A stretch of 63,527 nt of DNA, counting the filler, from Aduncisulcus paluster (lineage: Eukaryota): the NCBI GenBank assembly GCA_024181965.1. It is 21 parts of 21 records of this genome, joined end to end, with 100 filler letters (N's around TTAATTAATTAA, not from the genome) between each part and the next. Parts side by side here need not be neighbours in the genome. Positions count along the whole stretch, not along the records: positions 33,433 to 35,363 come from BQXS01012238.1; positions 35,464 to 39,342 come from BQXS01012243.1; positions 39,443 to 43,644 come from BQXS01012245.1; 18 more parts are not named here. One strand, 5' to 3'. Under the pieces are notes generated by a model. That model had not been told where the DNA came from, searched no databases, and worked only from the letters and a program-made list of their open reading frames with translations. This document shows positions 34,030 to 43,744 of the stretch, piece by piece (within the stretch, counting starts at the first letter, position 1; each line of letters begins with the position of its first letter). Made by a program: the position numbers and the translations under genes.

Positions 34030-34473
34030 GGAATTCCCGATAAATATTGATGATGTGACATGTATCAAAGAAGTTATGTTTGGACCCCCAACAACAAATG
34101 AAAAATATCAATAAGAGCAAATTATAATGTGTGAAGAATACTCGGATATTAATTGTCATGATTCTTCTCCAATATTGTTGATACAGGCTGTTCTAAAAAG
34201 CACCAACCCTATCTTTTGATACCCTTCGCCTTGACGACAATTGGAGCCATTGGAGAAACAGCTTGGGATTTTATTGAGCATGTACGGAAGAATGGAACCG
34301 ATTTCATGGTACCTGGCCGAACCAGAGAAGAGAGATCATGCAGATGGGTGTCTACCCTTCTATATGGGCTTAGAAAAGGTCTGTGCATAAGAGAAGCGAC
34401 TTGTGTATCGTCTTATAGCTGGAATTTGATCCGAAAGAAAGAACCAAAGAGCAAGGGTAATATAATCACCTAA
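34030..34473 (+). mobile_element. Remnant of the restriction-like endonuclease (RLE) C-terminus of a non-LTR retrotransposon (CRE/NeSL/R2-type)
   Basis: SKKHQPYLLIPFALTTIGAIGETAWDFIEHV fits K..KY...F.P...T.G..G..A..F. Broken upstream PD and DVT motifs lie near 34033-34062. Confidence 0.6.
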
Positions 34474-34682
34474 GCTTTTAGTTCTTTCGACCAAAAAATA
34501 CCTAAAAAACTCGCAAATTAAACCCAAATCTTACTGAGACAGTTTATCGTAAGATCTTATTTTCCAAAATTTAGCGAGAACTGTTTCGTCTATAAACAAA
34601 TCTCAGAATCTCTAGAAAGTTCTTAAATAAATAATAATAATTAATAAAACAAGTATTAATGGCAATAAATTGTCTTATAAAC

Positions 34683-34899
34683 AATAAAAACATTATAATA
34701 AAAAATATTATTATAACAATACCCGATATATAAGAATTTTTCAAATGTCATCAAGGTCAGATATTAAAATGCATTTATTAAAAAATCAACAATAAAAACC
34801 TTTATAAAATCCAATATAAATAATAAAAACTTTATAATAAAAAATTTTATTATAACAACCAAGGAGAAATCAGTCTTTTTCAAATTTCACCAATGTCAG
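34683..34899. repeat. Imperfect AT-rich duplication, period about 139 bp
   Basis: 34683-34760 resembles 34822-34899 (AATAAAAAC.TTATAATAAAAA...TTTTTCAAAT.TCA.CAA.GTCAG). Confidence 0.75.
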
Positions 34900-35109
34900 G
34901 GAAAAGGATTAGCAGAAGAAGAATAAATAATAAATTTAAGTATATTAGAAATATTTATTAATAATATGTTTTATAATATCCGTCTGACTTCTTAATTCCA
35001 GATCTTATTTCTGATCTCTTAACATGAGCATATTATCAATAATTCATGCACAAAAATAAAATATTAACTATTTATTATACCTTTAATCTTAATTTACATT
35101 CTAATATTT

Positions 35110-35300
35110 CCCACATTAACCTTTCGGTGTGAATCTCACAATTGCGGGCTTTGGTTTTGGGCACATAATATATTATAAAAGCAGTTCCCCTGGGTCTGAT
35201 CAACCCGGGGGAGCGTAAGACTTGGTTTATTCGATTAATTCCAGTGTTGTTGCCCTCGTCTGTCTTTTTTGTTTAGCCTCTGGCGACTCTGTCACCAGGC
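35110..35300. other. GC-rich island with three hairpins (candidate ncRNA or element terminus)
   Basis: Stems at about 35111-35133, 35184-35214 (12 bp) and 35280-35298, within very AT-rich DNA. Confidence 0.45.
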
Positions 35301-35463
35301 ATCTTGTTTTTTTTGTTTGTTTTTATTTTATATTTTTTTGATTATTATAATTTAAGTGAAATANNNNNNNNNNNNNNNNNNNNNNNNNNNNNNNNNNNNN
35401 NNNNNNNTTAATTAATTAANNNNNNNNNNNNNNNNNNNNNNNNNNNNNNNNNNNNNNNNNNNN

Positions 35464-35965
35464 AATATTTGTTCCTTTTTAAACTTTCTGAATATTGAAG
35501 ATTGTTAATATTTCGAGTCGTTGCAATCACCGAGATCTCATTGTCTTTTTTGAATACTTCGGGCATATATTTTAGTATAGGGTGTTTAAAAGTAGTTTCA
35601 TTTTCATCTTTTTCTGCCATTGCAGCCAAAACTGCAATCTCTCTGCTAGCTTTTAAACGATGACTTGCGTAGAGATAAGTTCTGTTATATTTACCAACAG
35701 CTGTTTTTATAAATTCAGGATCATCCAAAATAGTTTTATCAACTTGTTTCAAAATATCATCGCCTAAATTTTCATTGAAAATCATATGATTCCACATATC
35801 TTTTTTAGCTTCATTTTCTCTAGAGATACTTTGTGCAGTCACCCCTAGAAGTCTTATGATAATCTGTTTATTACGATAATAATCAGGATGAATAGCTTGC
35901 AGAAGTAGTTTTTTATTTTTCCAATACTTTACATTGTTAAATATACCATCAATTATCTGTGTCAA
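35464..35965 (-). CDS. Bacterial DUF4116-repeat protein, 3'-truncated
   Basis: AAGGAG Shine-Dalgarno 7 nt before a TTG start. Repeats DDPEFIKTAV...LYASHRLKASREI and LKYMPEVFKKDNEI. Confidence 0.75.
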
Positions 35966-36030
35966 GATCTACTCCTTGATTATTAATATTCTTAAATTGT
36001 ATCTAAATTATCTGAAATTAAAAAGAGGTA

Positions 36031-36324
36031 TCACCTTAAAATATTAGCAGACCCAGAAGAACTAGCATCAAGACAAACTCTTTTAGTTCCATTTGAGTCA
36101 TGGTAAGTTACTATTGTTGGGTTTCCACTTGCTATAGAGATTGTATCACCACTTTCTAGTTTGATATATGTATCAATGGTCGCAGGTGTTGTACACTCTA
36201 CATCTATTGCTGTAATATTTTGTGAACCTGATGAGCCTCCACTTCCTCCACCTCCACAAGCGTTAAATGTGAAAGTAAGAAGTGTTAGCAAAGATACTGA
36301 TACTATTTTTTTTGTATTTGTCAT
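36031..36324 (-). CDS. Small bacterial lipoprotein (97 aa)
   Basis: AAGGA SD, KK plus hydrophobic core plus FNA-C23 lipobox, a Gly/Ser tether, and two further Cys. Confidence 0.85.
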   Translation of the reverse strand: MTNTKKIVSVSLLTLLTFTFNACGGGGSGGSSGSQNITAIDVECTTPATIDTYIKLESGDTISIASGNPTIVTYHDSNGTKRVCLDASSSGSANILR

Positions 36325-36333
36325 ATTATTTCC

Positions 36334-39300
36334 TTAGTCTATCGTGATATCACTTGTTAATGGTGTTTTTGTTTTGATATAGAGTTGATTATTGATCATA
36401 TCTATCTCTACTTCATTTCCTATTGGGTATGAGGAGGTTGTTTTGAGAGTGTTTTCTAAAACTGTTTCATTATCATTATTATCTATTTGTACAAACTGTG
36501 TTATTGTTTTTCCATCTTTATCTGTGATAACTTTTGCTTTTATAGTAGATCCATTTGATATCATCTTACCTGCTGTTGTTGCAACATCTCCACTTGAAGT
36601 AATAAGTGTTTTTGCACCTTTTAGTTTTGAAGTTGCTATAGAAGTAGATGTACCTTTTTGTACACTATGAGTTGCTGTACCATTTTCATCTGCTTTTGAT
36701 GAGATAGTTGAACCGTTAAATGACAAAGAGGTAACTATTTGTAATATATTATTTACTTTTTGTATAAAAGTTTTTGTTCCTACTGCTTCTGAGATAGCTT
36801 GTGTAATATTTCCATCACTTAAAGTTAAAGTATGGGTTGTTTTTCCTGTGGTTGTTATATTAGCTTCTGCTTTTAAAGAGTTAGAAGTATCTTCATCAAA
36901 TAATAGGTGTAAACCACTATCTATAATCTCTACAGTTGCACCGTTTAGTGTAGATGATACTTCTGTTGGTGTACTAGTTGTTGATGTTTGTACTGTTGCT
37001 TTTTTACTACCATTTGTATCATCTGATGTTTGTACAGTTAAGTCTGTACCAAATGAGATAGTTGTTACAGTTGCATTCCCCTCTTCTGTTACATTTATCT
37101 CACCATTTTCTTTGATATCATCTCCCTCTTTTAGAAGTAGTATTTGTACTTTAAAAGATGTAGTATCATTATTCTCACCATCTGTTGCACTAATATTTAG
37201 ATCGGTTATTCCACTTTTTTCTGTGCTTGGGGAAGTGAGGATAAGATAATCATCTTGTATAGTATAATTCACAAGCGAACTATCAGAAAAAGAAATATTA
37301 TATGTTATATTTTCATCTTGGTCTGGATTGTTTGCTATAAGTGAAAGATTTTTATCATCAAATCCTTTATAGTATACTTGTTTTGTAAAATCTTGTAAGC
37401 TAAAGCTATCATTTACAGCAGTTACATTTATATCAAATGTTTTTTCGTTAGTTGCTCCATCTATATCTACAGCTTTTATAGTGATTTGTACTATACCTGT
37501 TGCATCTTGTACTGTTGTGAGATTAAAGTCTAAAAGATTATAGTAGTCTTGTGATTGAAGTTCATTTGTCCAGTTTTGAACTACTCTTATGATATCTGTG
37601 TTATTTGATTCTACTGTTACATTAATATCATCAAACTCATAATCTGTAACATTGAGTTCATAATTTCTAGTTCCATTATCTTCTGTGATATTTATATCAT
37701 TAAATACTGTATAAATAACTGGGGCATCATTTACTAAAGTTACCGAGATACCTAAAGAGGCACTATTTGAGTAAGTTTTTGAATCACTTGCTTGATATGT
37801 AAAACTATCATCTCCGTTGAACTCTTGATTTGGTACATATACTAAGTTATTTATCTGAGTACTATTGATCTCTTGGTTTGTTGTGATATCTGTATTATTA
37901 AGTTTTAAGACACCATTTGAGCCTAAAGAAGTAAATTTTATTTTATCTAAGCTATCACCTATATCACTATCACTAAAAGCGTTTGTAAAGTTTGTAAGGC
38001 TGAGGCTTAGGTTTGTATCTTCTGGTGTAGTTAGGTTGATATCTGTTACTACAGGTGCGATATTTTCATCATCTATTGTAGTTACTGTTACAGTTTTGTT
38101 GATTGAGTTATCATACATATCATCACTACTTGCATCATTTATACTAAGAGTGATAGCTGTTTGTATATTTCCATCTATAGAAGCATCATCTACACCTGTG
38201 AGTGTTACTGTTTGTGGAGTATTATAGTTTGCATTTGTAAAGGTGAGGCTTGTTTTATCTACTGTTACTTCACTTGTGTCATTGTTGCTTATATCTATAA
38301 CTACATCTGTTGTTGGTTGATTATCTAAAAATACTGTAAAACTATCTGTTGTTCCATTTTCATCTACACTTGCTGTTGTTTTACTAGTTTTTATTTGAGG
38401 GATATCATCATCTGTAATAGTTACTGTTTGTTGTTGCGTTCCAGATTCTGTTCCATTTACTACACTTGATATATCGATAATGATAGTTTCATCTATATCT
38501 GTTACACTATCATCTACTCCTGTAAGGGTTGCTGTTGCTGTTGTATCTCCTGCTGCTATCTCTAGGCTTGTTGAGCTTAGTGTATAGTCTGCTGAGTTAT
38601 TTGCTATTCCACTTGTAGCTAAAGTTACTGTTACTGGTGTTTTACTTATACTACTTAGTGTTGCTGTAAGTGTTGCTGTTCCACCATTTTCTGCTATATT
38701 TGCACTACTTTTAGATAAAGTTACTGTTGGTTTATCTGCTGTGAAGTTCCAAGTTGTTGCATCATTTATCCCTGCAAAGCTATTTCCTGAACTATCTTTT
38801 ATAGCTGTGGTAGCTATTTGGATATAGTAACTTTCATTACTTAGTAGGTCACTATGTGGGTTTATAGTAAGTGTATTTGTTGATACCCCTATAGTTCCCC
38901 CTGCACTTCCTATGCCATTTGCTACATTAAATGTTTCTACTACTGTGCCATCTGCTTTATACAATACTACACTACCTGTATCTAATACTATGTTTTCTGA
39001 GAAGGTAAATGTTAGGTTTGCTGATATACTTGCAGTTGTTGCATCATCTGCTGGGCTTGAGCTTGACTTACTTGGGGCTGTTGTATCTGTAGTAGTAAAT
39101 GTTCCGTTTGATACTGTACTTTTGTTTTCAGCAGTCAAGGGATCTTTAGCCATAACATAATAGTAATATGTCGTACCTGATGCTAACCCTGAAACTGAAT
39201 ATACTTTTTCAGTATTAGCAGTAACAGTTCTATAGTTCCAATGTACAGAATCTGTAACACTATTTCCTATCATATTAGCACTTGATGGTGTAGATGAACT

Positions 39301-39342
39301 TGTGGCTACTGCAAAGTATATTGTACCTGCTTCATTTGATGT
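36334..39342 (-). CDS. Large bacterial surface adhesin (FN3-like, Ig-like Big_5, Calx-beta-like, cadherin/VNDAP repeats, unrecognised C-terminal domain), more than 1000 aa, 5'-truncated
   Basis: The frame is open to the contig end. SGLASGTTYYYYV, PADDAT..NLTFTFSENI, IAENGGTATLTATLS, NYNTPQTVTLTGVDD, YVPN.EFNGDDSFTY, VNDAP. No introns; operon-like spacing. Confidence 0.9.
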   Translation of the reverse strand, partial: TSNEAGTIYFAVATSSSTPSSANMIGNSVTDSVHWNYRTVTANTEKVYSVSGLASGTTYYYYVMAKDPLTAENKSTVSNGTFTTTDTTAPSKSSSSPADDATTASISANLTFTFSENIVLDTGSVVLYKADGTVVETFNVANGIGSAGGTIGVSTNTLTINPHSDLLSNESYYIQIATTAIKDSSGNSFAGINDATTWNFTADKPTVTLSKSSANIAENGGTATLTATLSSISKTPVTVTLATSGIANNSADYTLSSTSLEIAAGDTTATATLTGVDDSVTDIDETIIIDISSVVNGTESGTQQQTVTITDDDIPQIKTSKTTASVDENGTTDSFTVFLDNQPTTDVVIDISNNDTSEVTVDKTSLTFTNANYNTPQTVTLTGVDDASIDGNIQTAITLSINDASSDDMYDNSINKTVTVTTIDDENIAPVVTDINLTTPEDTNLSLSLTNFTNAFSDSDIGDSLDKIKFTSLGSNGVLKLNNTDITTNQEINSTQINNLVYVPNQEFNGDDSFTYQASDSKTYSNSASLGISVTLVNDAPVIYTVFNDINITEDNGTRNYELNVTDYEFDDINVTVESNNTDIIRVVQNWTNELQSQDYYNLLDFNLTTVQDATGIVQITIKAVDIDGATNEKTFDINVTAVNDSFSLQDFTKQVYYKGFDDKNLSLIANNPDQDENITYNISFSDSSLVNYTIQDDYLILTSPSTEKSGITDLNISATDGENNDTTSFKVQILLLKEGDDIKENGEINVTEEGNATVTTISFGTDLTVQTSDDTNGSKKATVQTSTTSTPTEVSSTLNGATVEIIDSGLHLLFDEDTSNSLKAEANITTTGKTTHTLTLSDGNITQAISEAVGTKTFIQKVNNILQIVTSLSFNGSTISSKADENGTATHSVQKGTSTSIATSKLKGAKTLITSSGDVATTAGKMISNGSTIKAKVITDKDGKTITQFVQIDNNDNETVLENTLKTTSSYPIGNEVEIDMINNQLYIKTKTPLTSDITID

Positions 39343-39442
39343 NNNNNNNNNNNNNNNNNNNNNNNNNNNNNNNNNNNNNNNNNNNNTTAATTAATTAANN
39401 NNNNNNNNNNNNNNNNNNNNNNNNNNNNNNNNNNNNNNNNNN

Positions 39443-39582
39443 CCAGCGAAGATAAGACGCTGTTGTTCAGGAGGGATTCCTTCCTTCTCTTGGATCTTGG
39501 CTTTGACAGAGTCGATGGAATCAGATTGGTCGACATCAAGAGTGATGGTCTTTCCAGTAAGAGTACGGACGAAGATCTGCAT
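39443..39582 (-). CDS. Ubiquitin (polyubiquitin or fusion), N-terminal fragment
   Basis: [47 protein letters not shown]. Confidence 0.97.
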
Positions 39583-40138
39583 TATGAAATATTTATACGA
39601 GCTTTGTTACAAAAACAAAAGAAAAAAACAGATAGAGGCATATTGATCTTATGTTTGTGAAGGATGAAGGAGGAAAAGAAAAAGGAATGAAGAGGTCATC
39701 CGATTCGAATCGGACCATCGAATTGCAGATCTGGAATCGGTATAATCAACAAGGTATACGGAGATGAAGAATATTATTCCTAACAATACAATATTCGGCA
39801 AGAAAGGATAAAAAAGAATATATGGTGTAACATGAATGGATTGATGCAAATCAGTGATTTGTGCTTTTTGGTCGTGATATAGAAACTATGAACACATGGA
39901 TTTCATTGAATAATCCGTAATATTGCATTGAAATGAAGAATACGTTTTTATTTTTCTGTGACAACGTTGATTTTTACAAGATCTCATTTCTCTGTTCCAT
40001 ATCGACACTATCTATTCCTTAACCGTCAGGAAAATAATTCATTTTATGGTTATTATGTTATGTTAGTTACTATATTGATTTTGCGAGATCCCGTTATATA
40101 GTTGAAACAGAAACGTTTTTATTCGAATAGACTAACTT

Positions 40139-40140
<2 letters not shown>

Positions 40141-40207
<67 letters not shown>
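40141..40207. repeat. 67-nt poly(T) tract (poly(A) on the minus strand)
   Basis: Uninterrupted T run adjoining a more GC-rich segment of about 190 nt. Confidence 0.95.
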
Positions 40208-40208
<1 letters not shown>

Positions 40209-40577
40209 AGATATATTTATAACGATGCTTCATCCGCCACCAATTGATGAATGCCTTCTTTTTCCTAGGCCTCTTGGACTATTCAGAAGAACCAACCTCT
40301 CTCCCCTTTTCGGCGATGAACCCACTTGGCCTCCACTCAGTCACTGACCCTGTTAATGATCATTTTATTCGTAATGTAGGCAGGCCTCCGAGTATAGTTG
40401 TAGAATTTATTCTATACAATTCAAAGGTGAAAAGGACACAAAATCAAACATTCAATTTTGGAATTGATCAGAGAAAAAGTTTCTGATCCTGACTGTGACA
40501 TCTAAAAATAAACTATCAAGAGGATAAATACGTCAATGTATAAAACGAAAAATGAATAAATATGAAATTCAATATAT

Positions 40578-42755
40578 TTAAGCGAATAGCTTCTCATAAG
40601 TGAAATCTCTGGCAACATCAAGGTGGGTATAACATCTTTCAACGCAATCAAGCTTCTGAACACACATTTGAAGACTTTCACCAATGTCATGGGCTTTGGC
40701 CAGACTCATTTTCTCATTGATAATGATGTGGACTTCCAAATTATATACAGATCCAGAGGAGAAAACACGAAGGAAATCAATTCCGTTAACGTGTGCGTCA
40801 AAGAGCATTGTTATGAATGTGATCTTCTCGTTGAGCTCCGTTGGTGCTGCGATACCAAGCATGAGCTGAATCTGTTCCATGGCGGTGCTCAACCAGTTAA
40901 ATAAGATATAGATACTCAATATGATGGAACCAATAGGATCTAATAGGTCCCAATAACGGTCAGCAAGGAGTGCGAACACCATGCCGACACTGTTGCTCAG
41001 AACATCATTCCCATGGTCTTGACTGTAGGCTTCCACGGCCTCCGTTTGAGAACACTTGTCAACAAGGGACTTGCATAAGATGAAGAGCATGAGTTTAAGA
41101 AGGATTGTGGTTCCGATAATAAGGGTTGGCCAGAGAGAGAAATCAATCTCAGCACCACCTTGAAGTATGATAGTGATTGATTTTTGAATCAGTAAAATAG
41201 AGGCCACACCCATAACAATGGCAAATACAAGAACTCCAAGTGTTTCTGCTCTCTTCTTCCCCATTGGATAACGAACCCGACTCTCAGCTGAATCGTGCTT
41301 CGCAATTTTGGAAGCAATGAACAGAATAGATCCACTGACGATGTCGAGAGCACTGTCGATTGTGCTTGTAATAACTGTCATTGAGCCGGACATTATGGAT
41401 GCAACAATCTTAATAATAATCAGAAATACATTAATCGAAAAAGAGAAGGTTAACAGGAAGGAACTGTAGTCTGTTTTACGTTTACCATTTGGACTCAATT
41501 CTCCTTCACAAGTGCATGCACCACTACTCCCCTTTTCCTTGTTTTTGCGTGAAGAGGGAAGCGGAGAGAGCCCCTTATCTGGTTGGGGCCCATCTGAAAC
41601 ACTGCCTTCACTGTCTTCCCATTCGCGGAGAGCTTTCTTCTCACTCTCTCCGGCGGTGCTGTGGAAAGTCTCACAATCGGCACGGGTCTTTGTCAGTTGT
41701 CCAGTGATGGCACCCAAGTTAACATCAGCGGCTCTGGCCTCGTCAAACAGGATTCCTTTCTGTTTTTTCTCATGCTTTTTCCTCTTTTCAGGTGAAGTGG
41801 CTTCCTCAGCGCCTTCTTCGGCAGGATGATCATGATCTTTGTGATGCTCACACTCACACAAACATTTCATGGAACAAATATCACACCCAAGGTGCTTACT
41901 GAAGATTCCTAAGCTGCGTCTAATCTCTCTCCGACTAACACCTTCGTCATAGGCTTTCTTAAGGGGACATTGGGGAAGATGGCAATCACAATAATTGGGT
42001 TGCTCGGGAAGAATTGAGTCTGGTAAGGAAGCAATGGGGGCATGACATGGAGGAGAGTGGGAAAGATCAATGATAGTTGCCGGTTTTGTTTCTTCCTCAC
42101 ATTCAGGAGGTTTGGCAACATCTTCTTCGGAATCAACATGAACCTCAACTTCCTTCGCATCCACGGCCTCTTCTTCAGTGTCTTCCATGCTAGAAGATGC
42201 AGATTGAATCTCACAATCACACTTTCCCCGAAGATATTCAATTCCAATGTCAAGACAGACGGGACAATCGATACCATTGTGAATAAGATTCTCACGAGCA
42301 GAATGGGCACAATAAGCATTCCTTTCGGCTCCAATAAGGGGATCAAAACGAAGTTTAAGGATTGCATGAGCTAAAGCTTTCCCACATATTGAGTGGTTTT
42401 CATCAGGGTGGATCCCAAGGGAATGAACTGAAGAAATAAATTCATCACGCATAGAAAAAATTACAAGAGCAGCTGCTTCATCCATATTTTTGGCTCTTTC
42501 GGCTTGTTTCTCATAATAAGAAGCTGTGGAATCTTCACCAGAGCAGGCACAGCATCCAGGCTCTTCAACAGATACGTCATCGGAACATTGCTTAGAGTTA
42601 CGAGCAGAATGCAAAACAGCAAATTTATATTTCATTCTAGTTGAAACAATGTGATTAAAAGTAGCATTCAATTTCCAAACTAAATAACGGAGTTGACGAT
42701 GATAAGCTCCACCACTGTCATCTTTAATCAAAACAGAATCTGTTTGATCACTCAT
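40578..42755 (-). CDS. Cation diffusion facilitator, Mn-CDF (MTP8/MTP11-like), with a long Cys/His-rich N-terminal extension
   Basis: SGSM.VI.STIDSALD (TM2 DxxxD), YPMGKKRAETLG, QDHGNDV (TM5 DxxxD), AHDIGESLQ...VERCYTHLD. Confidence 0.93.
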   Translation of the reverse strand: MSDQTDSVLIKDDSGGAYHRQLRYLVWKLNATFNHIVSTRMKYKFAVLHSARNSKQCSDDVSVEEPGCCACSGEDSTASYYEKQAERAKNMDEAAALVIFSMRDEFISSVHSLGIHPDENHSICGKALAHAILKLRFDPLIGAERNAYCAHSARENLIHNGIDCPVCLDIGIEYLRGKCDCEIQSASSSMEDTEEEAVDAKEVEVHVDSEEDVAKPPECEEETKPATIIDLSHSPPCHAPIASLPDSILPEQPNYCDCHLPQCPLKKAYDEGVSRREIRRSLGIFSKHLGCDICSMKCLCECEHHKDHDHPAEEGAEEATSPEKRKKHEKKQKGILFDEARAADVNLGAITGQLTKTRADCETFHSTAGESEKKALREWEDSEGSVSDGPQPDKGLSPLPSSRKNKEKGSSGACTCEGELSPNGKRKTDYSSFLLTFSFSINVFLIIIKIVASIMSGSMTVITSTIDSALDIVSGSILFIASKIAKHDSAESRVRYPMGKKRAETLGVLVFAIVMGVASILLIQKSITIILQGGAEIDFSLWPTLIIGTTILLKLMLFILCKSLVDKCSQTEAVEAYSQDHGNDVLSNSVGMVFALLADRYWDLLDPIGSIILSIYILFNWLSTAMEQIQLMLGIAAPTELNEKITFITMLFDAHVNGIDFLRVFSSGSVYNLEVHIIINEKMSLAKAHDIGESLQMCVQKLDCVERCYTHLDVARDFTYEKLFA

Positions 42756-43100
42756 TGTTCAATATTATCATGCAAAAGTGGGGTTAAGCCCTGTTCGGAA
42801 TTCGAGAAGTTGGAACATCATCATATCTTATCATGATTGATAGGTTACAATATATATTTCTGTTATTTATTAGAATATTAATAAGATGTTTTTTTCCTCG
42901 GCTTCAATCACCGGGGGTTGATTGTTTCTGTTTTCCTTCTTAGATTGACGAAAAATATTGCAAAAAATGAAAAATTGAAATTAATCTATATACTTGAAGC
43001 GAAGATATACTAAAATAAAATTGATCTCGGTTCCTCAAAATATTAGAGTGCCGAGTTGAGTTTTGGGAGAGAATCTAAAAAACATTACCACAAAACATTA

Positions 43101-43644
43101 ATGGATACTGGTGAATTAGAAGAATTTATGACAGATGATGGAGAAATAGATCCCACCCCACACCATCCTCCAATTCTAACCAAAGCTACTCTTTCTGATG
43201 AATCAAAAACTGATCTTTTAGATTCAACAATAGAAGGAATTGAAAGGGGAGTGCAACAACTTGCGCGAAAATTGGAAGATGTTGTCAGAGTGTCAGCTGA
43301 GAGTGAGTCCGCCAAAGTTGGTCATTCCCTCGATAAAGTGATTCAATCTCGGATTAAAACGATTGTTGCTATTGAAGAAGAGCAAAAGGATAAGACAGAG
43401 GAGGTATTGAAATATATTCACAAAATTCAAGGCGATTGTCAGGCCACCGCTGATCTACTTGGTTCAAAGCGGGATCAGCCCGTTGTCAGTGCTCGAAGTG
43501 CTAAAACACATGGTCAGACTATTCTCAAAAATGTTGAAGGGGCTCTTGAAAGCATTTCTGAAATTTCTACTGTATTTGCTGACTACAATGCCGAGAGAGA
43601 AAATGAGAGAATCATCATGAAACAACATATTAAACAAATTGAAG
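43101..43644 (+). CDS. Coiled-coil hypothetical protein, 3'-truncated
   Basis: First ATG at 43101; open to the linker; divergent from the CDF gene. Confidence 0.65.
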
Positions 43645-43744
43645 NNNNNNNNNNNNNNNNNNNNNNNNNNNNNNNNNNNNNNNNNNNNTTAATTAATTAA
43701 NNNNNNNNNNNNNNNNNNNNNNNNNNNNNNNNNNNNNNNNNNNN

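Noticed and set aside
35464..39342. Horizontal transfer of a bacterial operon into the protist genome
   Set aside because: Bounded by linkers on both sides with no eukaryotic flank; a co-cultured bacterium is simpler.
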